IMG/VR virus record: IMGVR_UViG_3300021354_000007
Span: 3,947 to 67,946 of that record
Source of the DNA: a virus
DNA length: 64,000 nt
Strand: one strand, 5' to 3'
In this document: piece after piece, positions 47,671 to 59,166 of the stretch
Layout of the letters: each line of letters begins with the position of its first letter
How positions within the stretch are numbered: the stretch's first letter is position 1
Notes under the pieces: model-generated
Databases searched by the model: none
The model's input: the letters and a program-made list of their open reading frames with translations, nothing else
What the model was told of the DNA's origin: nothing
Program-made: the position numbers and the translations under genes

Positions 47671-50600
47671 ATGAAAGACCAAAATGTGGAACCATATTTC
47701 GATGACTTTTCAAATGACAATAAGTTTTATAAAATATTGTTTAGACCTTCTGTCGCGGTTCAGGCAAGAGAATTAAATCAATTACAGAGTATTCTCCAAA
47801 ATCAAATAAAATCTCAGGGCGACAGCATATTTAAAAATGGTACTCGTGTTATTCCTGGAGAGTTTGCTATCAACTCCAATTTTGATTATGTTAAGTTAAC
47901 AGGTATTGGAGATACTGTTGATATTACTAATTTAGTTGGTACTATTCTTTCTGATAATAACACTAATCCAGAATTAGGATTGCAAGCACTAGTAATACAT
48001 GCAGAACCTGCAACTATATCCGATCCTGTTACATTGTATGTACAATATACAAATTCATCGAGTGCAAAAGTTTTTGCAAATTCTGCATCATTAAGAACTT
48101 TGAATGGGACTACTTATACTGTTACTGTTGCGGGTTCTTCTTCAACAGGTAAAGGAACAATTGCTTCTGTAAAAAAGGGAGTATATTATATCAACGGTTA
48201 TTTTGTTCTCAATAATGAACAAACTATTGCAGTTGACAAATATAATGTACTGACAACTGCATTAACTTTAAATACTAGAATAGGGTTTACAATATTAGAA
48301 GATTTTATAACTCCTGATGATATTGGATATGATGCTTTACTTGATAATGCTCAAGGTTCTCCTAACTATGGTGCACCTGGAGCACACCGTTATTTTATTG
48401 ATCTAATTTTATCTTCTGTAGATATAGGCACTTCTGAAACAGGATTTATTGAATTAAGTAGAATAGTAAATGGTGTTTTGGTTAAAGATAGTTCTAAAAC
48501 TGATTACAGTGAATTAGAAAAAACTTTAGCAAGAAGAACTTATGATGAAGCAGGTAACTTTTTAATTGATGGGTTTGTTCCAGATATAAGAGAACATAGA
48601 GATAATAATAGAGGTGCTTGGTCAGCAAGTAACAATTATATTGCAGGTGATATTGTAACAAATAGTTCTATTAATTATGTTGCCTTGGCATATATCGCAG
48701 CAAGTGCAACTGCACCTACACATACTACAGGTATTGTATCTAATTGGATGCAGTCAAATGCACCAATTTATAATAGAGGTATTTATCCAGCACATCCTAC
48801 AGATTCTATATCTAATATTGCTGGATATGGTAATGAATCAAAGTTTGCTGCTGGATTCTCTCCTGGAAAGGCATATGTTAATGGGTTTGAGATTCAGAAA
48901 ATATCATCGACGTATTTACCTATTAGTAAACCAAGAACTTATGCTACAGAAACAAGTGCTTCAATATCTACAAATGTTGGTAATTTTGTACAAGTCACAA
49001 ATGTGCACAATTTACCATCATTAACTATTTGCCCAATTGTTACAATTTATTCAGATATTACTGCAACTCCAGGTGCATCTGCAGGAAATGCAGTTGGTAC
49101 TTGCCGTATACGTGGTATAGAACAAGATGGAACATACACACGATTATATTTGTTTGATGTGAATATGAATGCAGGGTTATCTTTTGCAAGATATGCTAAA
49201 ACATTCTATTGGCAAGCAGGTAGTTCACCTAGTTCTACAACTGATTTTACTGCATCTATAACACCTGACACTTATTCTATATTGTTGAATGGTGGTGTTA
49301 CTGTATCCTCTGGTACGGTTACTTCAATTGCTGGCGTAAATACTACATTCAAAACTGATTTAGTTGCTGGAGATTGGATATATTTTAAGAATGACAGTGG
49401 TACAGGTTTTAGTGTTAAAGTAAGTAGTATATCAAATGATAATTTAATTGTAATACCATCAACATCATTAAGTGGTATTATAACTACAACGGCAGTTTAT
49501 AGAATTCAGACATCATTAGTAGAAACAAATAATAATGCATTGTTATTCCCACTACCTCATAAATCAATTAAATCTGCAGATAATTATGTTTATTATGTAA
49601 TAGAATCTGTTGGTGTTGCATCTGCAACTGGTTCCACAATAACTTTAAGTACGACTGATGGTACTTACGAGTCAAATACTTCTAACTATTATGCTCAAGA
49701 TGGATCTGGTAATACTGTTAACATTACAAGTGTTGATGCAAGTGCAATCAATACCGCAACATTAACATTTGGTTCTACTCCAAGTACATCTTATAAAGTT
49801 TGGGCAACTGTCCGTAAAGTAGGAACCTCTAAAACCAAAACATTGACAAGTGCTACACAAACATTTACATATACTAATGGTGCATCACTTAATACTAAAT
49901 TAGTGTTGAATAATACTGATGTCGTTAGAATTGTAAGTATAATATCTAATTCTGTGGATATTTCTAATTGGTATTCTTTTGATTCTGGTCAAACTCCAGA
50001 AATGTATAATTATGGTACGTTGACATTAATACCAGCATACCCAATTCCAGTTGGCGATGTAGTAGTATCTTACCAATATTTTGTTCACGGGTCAGGTGAT
50101 TTCTTTGATGCTACTTCTTATACAGATTATGCACATATACCTCCTCAATTAAGAGATGCAATAGACTTCAGACCAAGATCCGATGGTATGGCACTGAAGA
50201 TGCCTAAACGTGGTTATAATGCAAGTGCAAACTTGACTTATTATATACCTAGAAAAGATAAAATTGCTATTAGTAATGTCGGTGATATATTTGACATTGC
50301 GGGTTCTCCATCATTATATCCAGGATTACCTGAAGAACCATCATCTGGTATGGTATTATGCACCTTGGATATTCCTGCATATACTTATACTGTTGATAGT
50401 ATCAAACCTAATATCGTCAATAATAAACGATATACAATGCGTGACATAGGTAAACTAGAAACACGTATTAACAATTTAGAGTATTATACTTCTTTATCTT
50501 TATTGGAGCAAGAAACTGCTAACCTAAGCATACCAGATGCACAAGGATTAGACAGATTCAAAAATGGATTTATTGTAGACAACTTCTCAGGTCATAATAT

Positions 50601-53600
50601 AGGTGATGTAGGTTCTGCTGATTATGTGTGTGCTGTTGATATGGAAAATAACGAACTTAGACCGTTCACTTCTCAAGATAATATTGGGTTGATTCCTTAT
50701 GCAACTGGTTCTTCTAATCTAAATGTATATGGTGACTTGATTACATTACCACTGAATTCTACTACACCACATGTTAAGTTAGCAGAGAATTCATATGCAT
50801 CAAGAACTGAATTCGTTAACCCATTTGCGGTGTTTACATTTATTGGTGATATGAAAATCAATCCTGCTTCTGATGATTGGTTCGAAGTTAATCGTAGACC
50901 AGATATCGTTAATAATGTTGATGGTAGTTTCAATACTATTTCGGAATTGGCAGAAAAAACGGGTGTATTGGGAACTGTATGGAATGCTTGGCAAACTCAA
51001 TGGTCAGGTAAACCAATTGACTTAGGTACATTTAGGGCAAAAAATGCAATTCACTCTTATGCAGAATCTGTATCTAAAGGGCCTCTATCTGCATCTGATG
51101 AACTTGCTGCGGCAAACAAGTATTGGGGTGGAAATGCTTACAACGCCCGTAGTACAACATTTGATGTTACTGCTACCCAGATAGGCAAAGCAAGAACTGG
51201 TGTTAATACTAAATTAGTTTCTACTATTGAGAATAAGGTTATTGATGACAAAATATTGTCTGTTGCGACTATACCTTATATCCGTTCAAGATATGTATTA
51301 GTACAAGTTAAGGGGTTAAAACCAAAAACTACATTCTATCCATACTTCGATAATGTTGATGTTTCTTCATATTGTACAAGTGCAAGAAAATTAATTTATA
51401 TTCCAGTATCAGGAACATTCGATACTTCAACAAATGCCAAAGAAGTACTGGCAACAGATTCTGCAAGACAAATTAATAGCGATTCTCAAATCTGTTTGAA
51501 TGTTGGTGATAAAATTACAGGCAATACATCAGGAGCAAAGGCAATTGTAGTTGGCAAAGAGGTTTATAATAACCCAGTTTCGAATGCTCTTGAATATAGA
51601 TTATATGTATTAAACGTGGTGGGAACTTTCACAAGTTCAGAAGTTATAGTCGGGGATATATCCAGTGCACATGGAACTTTTGTTTCACTTGAAACTCAAC
51701 CAACTTCATTAATTTCAAGTGATAGTGGTTCAGTTAATTTATTGTTTAATATTCCACAATCGGATTCTATTAGATTTAGAACTGGTGATAGAGAATTTAA
51801 ACTTATAGATGCAAATACTCCTACAGGTTCTTATACTTCACGTGGTAGGGCAACATACAGTGCTGTTGGTGTGATGCAAACTAAACAGGCAACGGTATTA
51901 GCAACTAGAAATGCAGAGATAGTTGAAGAAGCAGTATCGCAAAATGCAACTATTACACAAACAACTATTAAAGCAGTAGCAGGTACTGATACAGGGTGGT
52001 ATGATCCATTGGCACAAACTTTCTTGATTGATTGTGCAGGTGGAGCATTCTTATCTAAAGTTGATTTGTACTTTGCTAAGATTGATAATAATTTACCTAT
52101 TACTATTGAAATAAGAGAAGTAGTTAATGGATATCCTGGAAAAACAGTTCTACCATTTAGTAGAGTTACCTTAAATCCAAGTGATATTACGTTATCATCA
52201 AATACTGTAATTGATGCAGAAGGTGTATCTTATTATTCCTACGATACTCCTACTACAATATCATTTAGAAGTCCAGTACAAGTATTAAACAACAAAGAAT
52301 ATGCATTGGTGGTAATGAGTGATTCAAACAATTATAAAGTTTGGATTTCTAATATGGGAGATACAATTCCAGGAACTTCTAATGTTATTAAAGAACAACC
52401 TTATAATGGGGTGTTGTTTAAATCACAAAATGCATCTACATGGACTGCAAATCAAGACCAAGATTTGAAGTTTACTATTTGGAGAGCAAATTTTAATACG
52501 TCTATAACTGCAGTTCCAGTATTAACTAATACTAAAGTTAATGGAGTTATACTTAATAACAACCCAATTCAGACTTTAAATGGTTCTGCAGTGGTTAGAA
52601 TTTGGCAGGATAATCATGGTTTCTCCAATACACAAAGTGTCCTCTTATCGGGTGCACCTGGTTTAGTCAATGGTGCTACAATTAACGGTACTTGGGCAGT
52701 GTCTAATGTTACATTAGATTCTTATACAATAACAAGTTCTACAACTGCAACCGCAACAGGTTATGTGGGTGGTGCTTCTATAAAAGCGACCAGACATATT
52801 AGATTTGATACTTTACAACCTAATATTAATGTACTAACGTTCCCAGAGACAAGTGCTACCTTTACATCAACTTCACAAGTATGGGGTGTTTCCAGCACTA
52901 CAAATACCCAATCAATTATATTGAATGACAATAATAACTTTACTAGTTCACAATACGTAGATGGTAGTGGTAGTACTCCTTATACATTATCTATTACAGG
53001 AACTTTGAAAAGTACGAATCCTTCACTATCTCCTATTATTGATATCGGTCGGGCATCTGCTATCTTAGTTTCTAATAAAATAGACAGTCCTGCTTTTGGT
53101 ACTACTAATGTTGCAGGTGTAGATCAGACTACTTTATTAACTGGTGCAACTTTTGCATTTAATGGTTCTACAATTACGGGTAACTCTATTCCATTGAGTA
53201 ACGCTAAATTAAAAAGTATTATCCCAGGATCTTATATCCAAATTACTGGATCAACTACAGTAGGAAATGATGGTACTTACTTAGTGACTGATGTTAATAC
53301 AACAACTGGCACTTTGACAGTAAGTGGTAAAACATTTGCAACTGAACCATCTGTAAGTGGAATACTATATTATTATCCACGATTTGTAGATGATATTACA
53401 CCTGTCAATAGCACAACTACTAGTAAATATGTCTCAAAAGAAATCAAATTGGCAAACAGTTCTTCTACTATCAGAGTAAAACTTTCTGGTAGTGTACCTT
53501 ATGCTGCTGATATAGTGGTATACTATAAAGTAGGAAATTCTGCCACAGATTTCAGTAAAACTAATTGGACATTATTACCACCAGATACAACTTTCCCTAA

Positions 53601-53754
53601 AGTTGCAGTCGGTTCTGATACATTTAAAGATGTTGACTATACTAAAACAACTGTTGCAACTTTTGAAAAGATTTCGATCAAAATTGTAATGAAATCTACA
53701 AATACTGCAGCTGTTCCTAGAATTAAAGATTTAAGGATAATTGCTTGTGCATAA
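47671..53754 (+). CDS. Large virion structural protein (VrlC/DUF4815-like)
   Basis: PYFDDF...FY.ILFRP..AVQARELNQLQSILQNQI, ARRTYDE.G, YTMRDIGKLE.RI.NLEYYTSLSLLE, DPLAQTF, PRIKDLRIIA. Confidence 0.9.
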   Translation: MKDQNVEPYFDDFSNDNKFYKILFRPSVAVQARELNQLQSILQNQIKSQGDSIFKNGTRVIPGEFAINSNFDYVKLTGIGDTVDITNLVGTILSDNNTNPELGLQALVIHAEPATISDPVTLYVQYTNSSSAKVFANSASLRTLNGTTYTVTVAGSSSTGKGTIASVKKGVYYINGYFVLNNEQTIAVDKYNVLTTALTLNTRIGFTILEDFITPDDIGYDALLDNAQGSPNYGAPGAHRYFIDLILSSVDIGTSETGFIELSRIVNGVLVKDSSKTDYSELEKTLARRTYDEAGNFLIDGFVPDIREHRDNNRGAWSASNNYIAGDIVTNSSINYVALAYIAASATAPTHTTGIVSNWMQSNAPIYNRGIYPAHPTDSISNIAGYGNESKFAAGFSPGKAYVNGFEIQKISSTYLPISKPRTYATETSASISTNVGNFVQVTNVHNLPSLTICPIVTIYSDITATPGASAGNAVGTCRIRGIEQDGTYTRLYLFDVNMNAGLSFARYAKTFYWQAGSSPSSTTDFTASITPDTYSILLNGGVTVSSGTVTSIAGVNTTFKTDLVAGDWIYFKNDSGTGFSVKVSSISNDNLIVIPSTSLSGIITTTAVYRIQTSLVETNNNALLFPLPHKSIKSADNYVYYVIESVGVASATGSTITLSTTDGTYESNTSNYYAQDGSGNTVNITSVDASAINTATLTFGSTPSTSYKVWATVRKVGTSKTKTLTSATQTFTYTNGASLNTKLVLNNTDVVRIVSIISNSVDISNWYSFDSGQTPEMYNYGTLTLIPAYPIPVGDVVVSYQYFVHGSGDFFDATSYTDYAHIPPQLRDAIDFRPRSDGMALKMPKRGYNASANLTYYIPRKDKIAISNVGDIFDIAGSPSLYPGLPEEPSSGMVLCTLDIPAYTYTVDSIKPNIVNNKRYTMRDIGKLETRINNLEYYTSLSLLEQETANLSIPDAQGLDRFKNGFIVDNFSGHNIGDVGSADYVCAVDMENNELRPFTSQDNIGLIPYATGSSNLNVYGDLITLPLNSTTPHVKLAENSYASRTEFVNPFAVFTFIGDMKINPASDDWFEVNRRPDIVNNVDGSFNTISELAEKTGVLGTVWNAWQTQWSGKPIDLGTFRAKNAIHSYAESVSKGPLSASDELAAANKYWGGNAYNARSTTFDVTATQIGKARTGVNTKLVSTIENKVIDDKILSVATIPYIRSRYVLVQVKGLKPKTTFYPYFDNVDVSSYCTSARKLIYIPVSGTFDTSTNAKEVLATDSARQINSDSQICLNVGDKITGNTSGAKAIVVGKEVYNNPVSNALEYRLYVLNVVGTFTSSEVIVGDISSAHGTFVSLETQPTSLISSDSGSVNLLFNIPQSDSIRFRTGDREFKLIDANTPTGSYTSRGRATYSAVGVMQTKQATVLATRNAEIVEEAVSQNATITQTTIKAVAGTDTGWYDPLAQTFLIDCAGGAFLSKVDLYFAKIDNNLPITIEIREVVNGYPGKTVLPFSRVTLNPSDITLSSNTVIDAEGVSYYSYDTPTTISFRSPVQVLNNKEYALVVMSDSNNYKVWISNMGDTIPGTSNVIKEQPYNGVLFKSQNASTWTANQDQDLKFTIWRANFNTSITAVPVLTNTKVNGVILNNNPIQTLNGSAVVRIWQDNHGFSNTQSVLLSGAPGLVNGATINGTWAVSNVTLDSYTITSSTTATATGYVGGASIKATRHIRFDTLQPNINVLTFPETSATFTSTSQVWGVSSTTNTQSIILNDNNNFTSSQYVDGSGSTPYTLSITGTLKSTNPSLSPIIDIGRASAILVSNKIDSPAFGTTNVAGVDQTTLLTGATFAFNGSTITGNSIPLSNAKLKSIIPGSYIQITGSTTVGNDGTYLVTDVNTTTGTLTVSGKTFATEPSVSGILYYYPRFVDDITPVNSTTTSKYVSKEIKLANSSSTIRVKLSGSVPYAADIVVYYKVGNSATDFSKTNWTLLPPDTTFPKVAVGSDTFKDVDYTKTTVATFEKISIKIVMKSTNTAAVPRIKDLRIIACA

Positions 53755-53977
53755 TTTTCTAAAAGTAGAAGGAAGTGATAGTTTAATACGAGATATGTCT
53801 ACTCATGCTATTATTAACAATAATAGTACTGAATATAATAATTATATTAAACGCAAGAATAATAGTGTCGCCCAACAAGAAAAAATAGAACGGCATGAGA
53901 ATGATATAAATAGTATAAAGCAAGACCTCCGAGATATACGGAGAATGCTTGTTCAACTTCTAGATACAGGAAAATAA
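53741..53977 (+). CDS. Small coiled-coil protein
   Basis: KVEG...L.RD..T.AIIN; usual neighbour of the VrlC-like gene. Confidence 0.7.
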   Translation: MLVHNFLKVEGSDSLIRDMSTHAIINNNSTEYNNYIKRKNNSVAQQEKIERHENDINSIKQDLRDIRRMLVQLLDTGK

Positions 53978-53980
53978 TAA

Positions 53981-55309
53981 ATGGCAACAATTTTATTGAG
54001 AAATATTAAAGGTAGTCCATTAACGAATACAGAGGTTGATAACAACTTTCAATATTTGCTTAATGCTATTGGTGCAAATGGTTCTACAACTGTTCCTACT
54101 CCTACAGGAACAATTAATGGTAGTACAAGTGTACCTGTATTATCAGTTGCACCTACAATTACAAGTGCAACATTAATAACACCTGCATTGGGTACACCTG
54201 CTTCAGGTGTATTAACTAATTGTACAGGTACTGCTTCTGGTTTAACTGCAGGTAATGTAGTTACAAATGCAAACCTTACAGGTGCCATTACTTCTGTTGG
54301 TAATGCTACTTCTTTAGGTTCATTTACATCATTACAATTATTAACTGCATTGGTTGATGAAAGTGGTACTGGTTTAGTGGTATTCAATACCAGTCCTACT
54401 TTAGTAACACCTAACTTAGGTACTCCATCTGCAGGGGTATTAACTAATTGTACAGGTACTGCTTCTGGTTTAACTGCAGGTGCAGTAACAAACGGAGTTT
54501 ATACTGCAGGTGATCAAACTATAGCAGGCAACAAAACTTTTAGTAGTACTATTTTAGGTAATATATCTGGTAATTCTGCAACTGTAACAAATGGTGTATA
54601 CAATAATCTTACTTATGCAAATCCAACTTGGATAACTTCATTAGCTGGATCAAAGATTACAGGGTATGTTGACAATGCTACAAATGCTACAAATGCTACA
54701 AATGCAACCACAGTAACAAACGGGTTTTACTTAACTGGTAATCAAACTGTAGTTGGTAACACTACATTCACAGGTACATTAGGCGTAAGTTCTACTCTAA
54801 CTGGTTCGGGTATCATCAATGGTACAACTATGCAATACGGTGGTATTGCAATGCCTCGTATGGTTCAGGTTTATGGCAATGCTAATGCAACATATAATAT
54901 ACCATCTTGGGTTAAACGAATCACTGTTAGTTATTTGACTTTAGTACCATCAGCAACTGGAATGATATTGTTTAGGATTAATAATTCAACTACAGGTTAT
55001 ACCACTACGGTTTCCCAATTTATTTCTGGTTCACCTGATTCTTATAGTGTTGCTGGTTTCAATAATACTGCTGTTGGATTTCCTTTTGTTAATACTACAA
55101 GTTCTAATGTAAGCATGTACGGGGTTCTAACATTAACACAAATCGGAACTTCTTGGGTGTTCAATGCGACCACTGATTATGGACAAAACGCACCAGGATG
55201 GATGTCTCATTCTATTGGTGCTTGGGGTGGTACATTAACGTCAATAACATTTGTGACAAGTACCAGTGCATTTGTGAATGGCAATGTTTCTATCATATAC
55301 GAAGGTTGA
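53981..55309 (+). CDS. Tail fibre protein
   Basis: KGSPLTNTEVDNNF N-terminus, TPALGTPASGVLTNCTG repeated twice, ATNATNAT. Confidence 0.8.
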   Translation: MATILLRNIKGSPLTNTEVDNNFQYLLNAIGANGSTTVPTPTGTINGSTSVPVLSVAPTITSATLITPALGTPASGVLTNCTGTASGLTAGNVVTNANLTGAITSVGNATSLGSFTSLQLLTALVDESGTGLVVFNTSPTLVTPNLGTPSAGVLTNCTGTASGLTAGAVTNGVYTAGDQTIAGNKTFSSTILGNISGNSATVTNGVYNNLTYANPTWITSLAGSKITGYVDNATNATNATNATTVTNGFYLTGNQTVVGNTTFTGTLGVSSTLTGSGIINGTTMQYGGIAMPRMVQVYGNANATYNIPSWVKRITVSYLTLVPSATGMILFRINNSTTGYTTTVSQFISGSPDSYSVAGFNNTAVGFPFVNTTSSNVSMYGVLTLTQIGTSWVFNATTDYGQNAPGWMSHSIGAWGGTLTSITFVTSTSAFVNGNVSIIYEG

Positions 55310-55330
55310 TTAACCTAATAAGGAATAGTA

Positions 55331-55768
55331 ATGGCAGTCCAGCATATATTCAATAGTCCAGCAACTGACGGTACTAATTCCAGTAAGATACAACCATCTC
55401 ACTGGAATTCTTATCATAACCAATACATGACTATTGCAGGTAATACTGCAGGACAATCGACTGTATCTGGTACTAATATAGTTTTCCAGGGTGGTAACAA
55501 TGTTACATTATCTGCCAATACAGGTGTAGGTGCTGCTTCTATTATTATCAGTGCATATCCACAAGGTGTTGGAATGTCATTCGGTGGAACAAATATATCT
55601 GGTACAGTAAATACATCTGGAATTCAATTATCAGTTGCACAAGGTGTTGGTACTTCATTCGCTGGAACGAATATATCTGGTACAGTAAATACATCTGGAA
55701 TTCAATTATCAGTTGCAGCACCTTCCGCTGCAGGATATCAAGATTACTTCATGCTAATGGGAGCATAA
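55331..55768 (+). CDS. Short tail-fibre-like protein with a 26-aa tandem repeat
   Basis: QGVG.SF.GTNISGTVNTSGIQLSVA twice (78 bp); N-terminus paralogous to the ORF at 63341. Confidence 0.7.
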   Translation: MAVQHIFNSPATDGTNSSKIQPSHWNSYHNQYMTIAGNTAGQSTVSGTNIVFQGGNNVTLSANTGVGAASIIISAYPQGVGMSFGGTNISGTVNTSGIQLSVAQGVGTSFAGTNISGTVNTSGIQLSVAAPSAAGYQDYFMLMGA

Positions 55769-56092
55769 ATGACAACTGCATACAAAGTATTAGGTCAAGT
55801 ATCACCTTCAGCAACAACAGCAACAACATTATATACTGCATCTTCAGTTCAAGCAGTCGCATCTACATTGTCTGTTTGTAACAGGGGTGTACCTACAAAT
55901 TATAGAGTAGCAGTAAGACCTGCAGGTGCTTCACTTGCAAATCTTCATTACATTGTATATGATTCAGTTATCAATGCCAATGATACAGTATTTTTAACAA
56001 TCGGAGTTACTCTAGCATCTACAGATGTAGTAACCGTTTACGCAGGGACTGCAAACTTATCATTTAGTTTATTTGGTTCCGAGATTAGTTAA
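55769..56092 (+). CDS. Small virion protein
   Basis: YKVLGQ..P.ATT.TTLYT...LSFSLFGSEIS. Confidence 0.7.
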   Translation: MTTAYKVLGQVSPSATTATTLYTASSVQAVASTLSVCNRGVPTNYRVAVRPAGASLANLHYIVYDSVINANDTVFLTIGVTLASTDVVTVYAGTANLSFSLFGSEIS

Positions 56093-58362
56093 TGAGCAAT
56101 AGAATAGTTACAAATGGTGGATCATCTGTATCAAGTAGGTCGTTAAAACAAGATCAAACAAATAATATTCTAACAGGTCGCAGACCTTGGGTCAGGAATC
56201 CTTCTTGGCCGACATTACCTACAGTTCTCTCTACAGATAATAAAGTAGTAGGTCTGGTAAAGGTGTTTAATGGAAGCACTGATGCGAATGGAATTGCATT
56301 TATTATATCAGGTGCATATACTGTTGACTGGGGTGATGGTAACGTTGAGAATGTTGCTACAGGCGTCCGTGCACAACATTTATATGATTATAATAATAGC
56401 AATCTTGCCAATACAAATGCACCTGTTACATTTCAAGATGCAGGAGATACGGTTATTCGTAATAGTCATGGATATCAAGAGGGGATGCAAGTAACCTTCT
56501 TTTCTATCACTTCTACAACTGGCATCTCTATAAATGTACCATATTATATTATAAATGTAACAACTAATACATTTCAATTATCGACTACTTATAATGGTTC
56601 TGCAATTGCATTAACTACCGATGGTTCGGGAATCCTTCTTAATTATAAATTATCAATTGTAACTATAACACCTCAAAGTGGTCAAACACTTACCCAATTA
56701 AATTTCCTGCAATTCTATGGTGGGGTATCATTAAATGCAAATATACCTTGGGCAGAACTTATAATATCTGCACCTAGTGCAACTCTTTGTGCAGTTGGTT
56801 CAGGTACATCAGTACAATATTATAGTGATTTAGAACAATTAACAATTTTATCGAGTGGTACTTCTTCAATGTCAGCAATTGGTTCCAATATGCCGAATTT
56901 GTATAGTGTACCGTATATTGGTAATGCAAGAAACCCATCGTTATTGGATTATGCATTCACTGGTTCAAGAAAGTTAGAATATGTAGGTACATTTAACCTA
57001 ACATTTCCACCTACAAGTGTTACCTTTATGTTTGAGAAATGTTATGCTCTGATTACTGCTCCTTATTTTGATACTAGTGCAGTTACTAATTTCACAGCAA
57101 TGTTTAACGGTTGTTATTCTCTTAAGAATGTACCTAATTACAACACTGCGTCAGGAACAAATTTCACGATTATGTTTCAGAATTGCACATCATTAGTTAA
57201 TTCTCCTAAATTAAGTCTATCTGGAAATACAAGCAATATGTTTGTTGGATGTTCAGCATTAAAATACGTACCTAATATGAGCACTTCAACTGTAACTAAT
57301 ACATCTACCATGTTTCAAAATTGTTATTCGTTGGAATCGGTACCTGATTTCGATTTATCTGCGACAACTAATACATCATATATGTTTCAAAATTGTTATT
57401 CGTTGAGGTCATTCAATGGCAATATGAATATGCCCAACAATACAAATACAAGTGATATGTTTGATACTTGTTCAACATTATCTTATGTTAGTCCTATAGT
57501 ATTTAAAACTGGTAATTCCGTAGTTACTACAACTAGCATGTTTTTTGCTTGTTATGCTCTACAGTTCGCACCTAATATAACAAATCCAAGTGCTTCGAAT
57601 GGGTTAACTTCTATGTTTTATTCTTGTATTGGTATTCCTGAGATTCCAGCATGGGATTTGAGTGGTGCTGGTAATATAAGCAATGCCTTCTCTTACATGT
57701 ATGATTTAGTTTCTTTTAAAGCAACTGGAATGAAATGGAATGCAGATTTTACTTATTGCAGATTATCAAAGACTGCTATAGAAAGTATATGTAATACAGG
57801 TTTGGGTACTTCTGCAAGTGGTTCTGGTACATTAACAATAACTCAATGTCCAGGATCTACGTTAAACCCAGCAGTTACCACAACTATCACTGCTACTGCA
57901 AAAGCATTAACTGGCACAGTTGCATCTAGTGTTGGGTTAGTAAATGGTATGTTAATGTCTGGTTCATCTTTGAATACATGGACTACTGCTACCTCAATGG
58001 CAACTACCGTAAGTACTAGTATTATTACTTGGACAGGTCATAACTTTTCAAATGGTACTATTATATCATTTAAAACTATTGGTACAACTACTGGAGTTGT
58101 TATTAATACAGTATATTATATTGTTAATGTCACTACGGATACATTCCAAGTTTCTGCTACATCAGGTGGTTCTCCTATTACATTTACAGGTACAAGTTCT
58201 ACAGTTACTATGGTCTGGCCGCAATATATAACTTCGATAGTTGGAACTACTATAACTTTCAGTGCTCCATTTGGTAATACAGGTACTACCATATCTTCTT
58301 CATTTAGAAATTTAGACACTGCACAGGCATATTTAAAGGGGTTTACAACAGTTTCTTATTAG
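56092..58362 (+). CDS. Receptor-binding-like protein with BspA/DUF285-type repeats
   Basis: VDWGDG; repeated T..VTN...MF..CYSL..VP units; two YYI.NVTT.TFQ(L/V)S modules. Confidence 0.75.
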   Translation: MSNRIVTNGGSSVSSRSLKQDQTNNILTGRRPWVRNPSWPTLPTVLSTDNKVVGLVKVFNGSTDANGIAFIISGAYTVDWGDGNVENVATGVRAQHLYDYNNSNLANTNAPVTFQDAGDTVIRNSHGYQEGMQVTFFSITSTTGISINVPYYIINVTTNTFQLSTTYNGSAIALTTDGSGILLNYKLSIVTITPQSGQTLTQLNFLQFYGGVSLNANIPWAELIISAPSATLCAVGSGTSVQYYSDLEQLTILSSGTSSMSAIGSNMPNLYSVPYIGNARNPSLLDYAFTGSRKLEYVGTFNLTFPPTSVTFMFEKCYALITAPYFDTSAVTNFTAMFNGCYSLKNVPNYNTASGTNFTIMFQNCTSLVNSPKLSLSGNTSNMFVGCSALKYVPNMSTSTVTNTSTMFQNCYSLESVPDFDLSATTNTSYMFQNCYSLRSFNGNMNMPNNTNTSDMFDTCSTLSYVSPIVFKTGNSVVTTTSMFFACYALQFAPNITNPSASNGLTSMFYSCIGIPEIPAWDLSGAGNISNAFSYMYDLVSFKATGMKWNADFTYCRLSKTAIESICNTGLGTSASGSGTLTITQCPGSTLNPAVTTTITATAKALTGTVASSVGLVNGMLMSGSSLNTWTTATSMATTVSTSIITWTGHNFSNGTIISFKTIGTTTGVVINTVYYIVNVTTDTFQVSATSGGSPITFTGTSSTVTMVWPQYITSIVGTTITFSAPFGNTGTTISSSFRNLDTAQAYLKGFTTVSY

Positions 58363-58382
58363 TATAAATACAAGTATAAATA
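58363..58382 (+). promoter_or_regulatory. Tandem late promoters
   Basis: TATAAATA twice, 12 bp apart. Confidence 0.75.
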
Positions 58383-58409
58383 CAAAATATAATTTAATAT
58401 GAGAATATA

Positions 58410-59150
58410 ATGGCACTTGAACCGCAAATTATATCATCCTACGATGGTGGTAAACATAATGTTAATCTTGACGAGACTATTTCAAGATTAACACAGGATA
58501 AATCTTACAGAGATATGTCTTGTATAATGATTGTACCTTGCTTTGGTCAGATTCCGACTAAGGCAGTTGCAAGTTGGATGAATTTATATTCACCTCCTAA
58601 TGGAAAGTTTACACGGTTGTGGGCTATGGGTATGGAAGTTGGTAAGGCATTTTCAAGTGCAATTGAAAGTATTCTTGCTCACCCAGATATGGGTAATTGG
58701 AAATATATTATTACATTGGAACATGATAATATACCACCTCCCGATGGCATTGTCAAGTTACTCACTCAGATGGAAAATCACCCTGAGTTTGCGTGTATAG
58801 GAGGATTATATTTTACACAAGGACCTGCAGGGGTTGCACAGATTTGGGGAGACCCTAATGATCCAGTTACTAACTTTAGACCACAAAAACCAGACCCTAA
58901 TGGTGGTTTAGTTGAATGTTGTGGTACTGGAATGGGGTTTAATGTTTTTAGACTAAATATGTTTAAAGATGAGCGATTACGAAAACCTTGGTTTACTACA
59001 CAAACAGAAGGTGGGGTATCGACTCAGGATTTATACTTTTGGTCTGATGCTAGAAAGTATGGCTATAGATGTGCAATTGACTGCGATGTGAAGGTGGGCC
59101 ATTATGACCTTGATGGAAAACGTGGTGGCATAGAAGATTATGTTTGGTAA
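58410..59150 (+). CDS. GT-A fold (GT2-like) glycosyltransferase
   Basis: IMIVPC, YIITLEHD, GGLYF, GTGMGF, PWF, QDLYFW, IDCDVKVGH. Confidence 0.8.
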   Translation: MALEPQIISSYDGGKHNVNLDETISRLTQDKSYRDMSCIMIVPCFGQIPTKAVASWMNLYSPPNGKFTRLWAMGMEVGKAFSSAIESILAHPDMGNWKYIITLEHDNIPPPDGIVKLLTQMENHPEFACIGGLYFTQGPAGVAQIWGDPNDPVTNFRPQKPDPNGGLVECCGTGMGFNVFRLNMFKDERLRKPWFTTQTEGGVSTQDLYFWSDARKYGYRCAIDCDVKVGHYDLDGKRGGIEDYVW

Positions 59151-59166
59151 TAAATAGGATAATGAT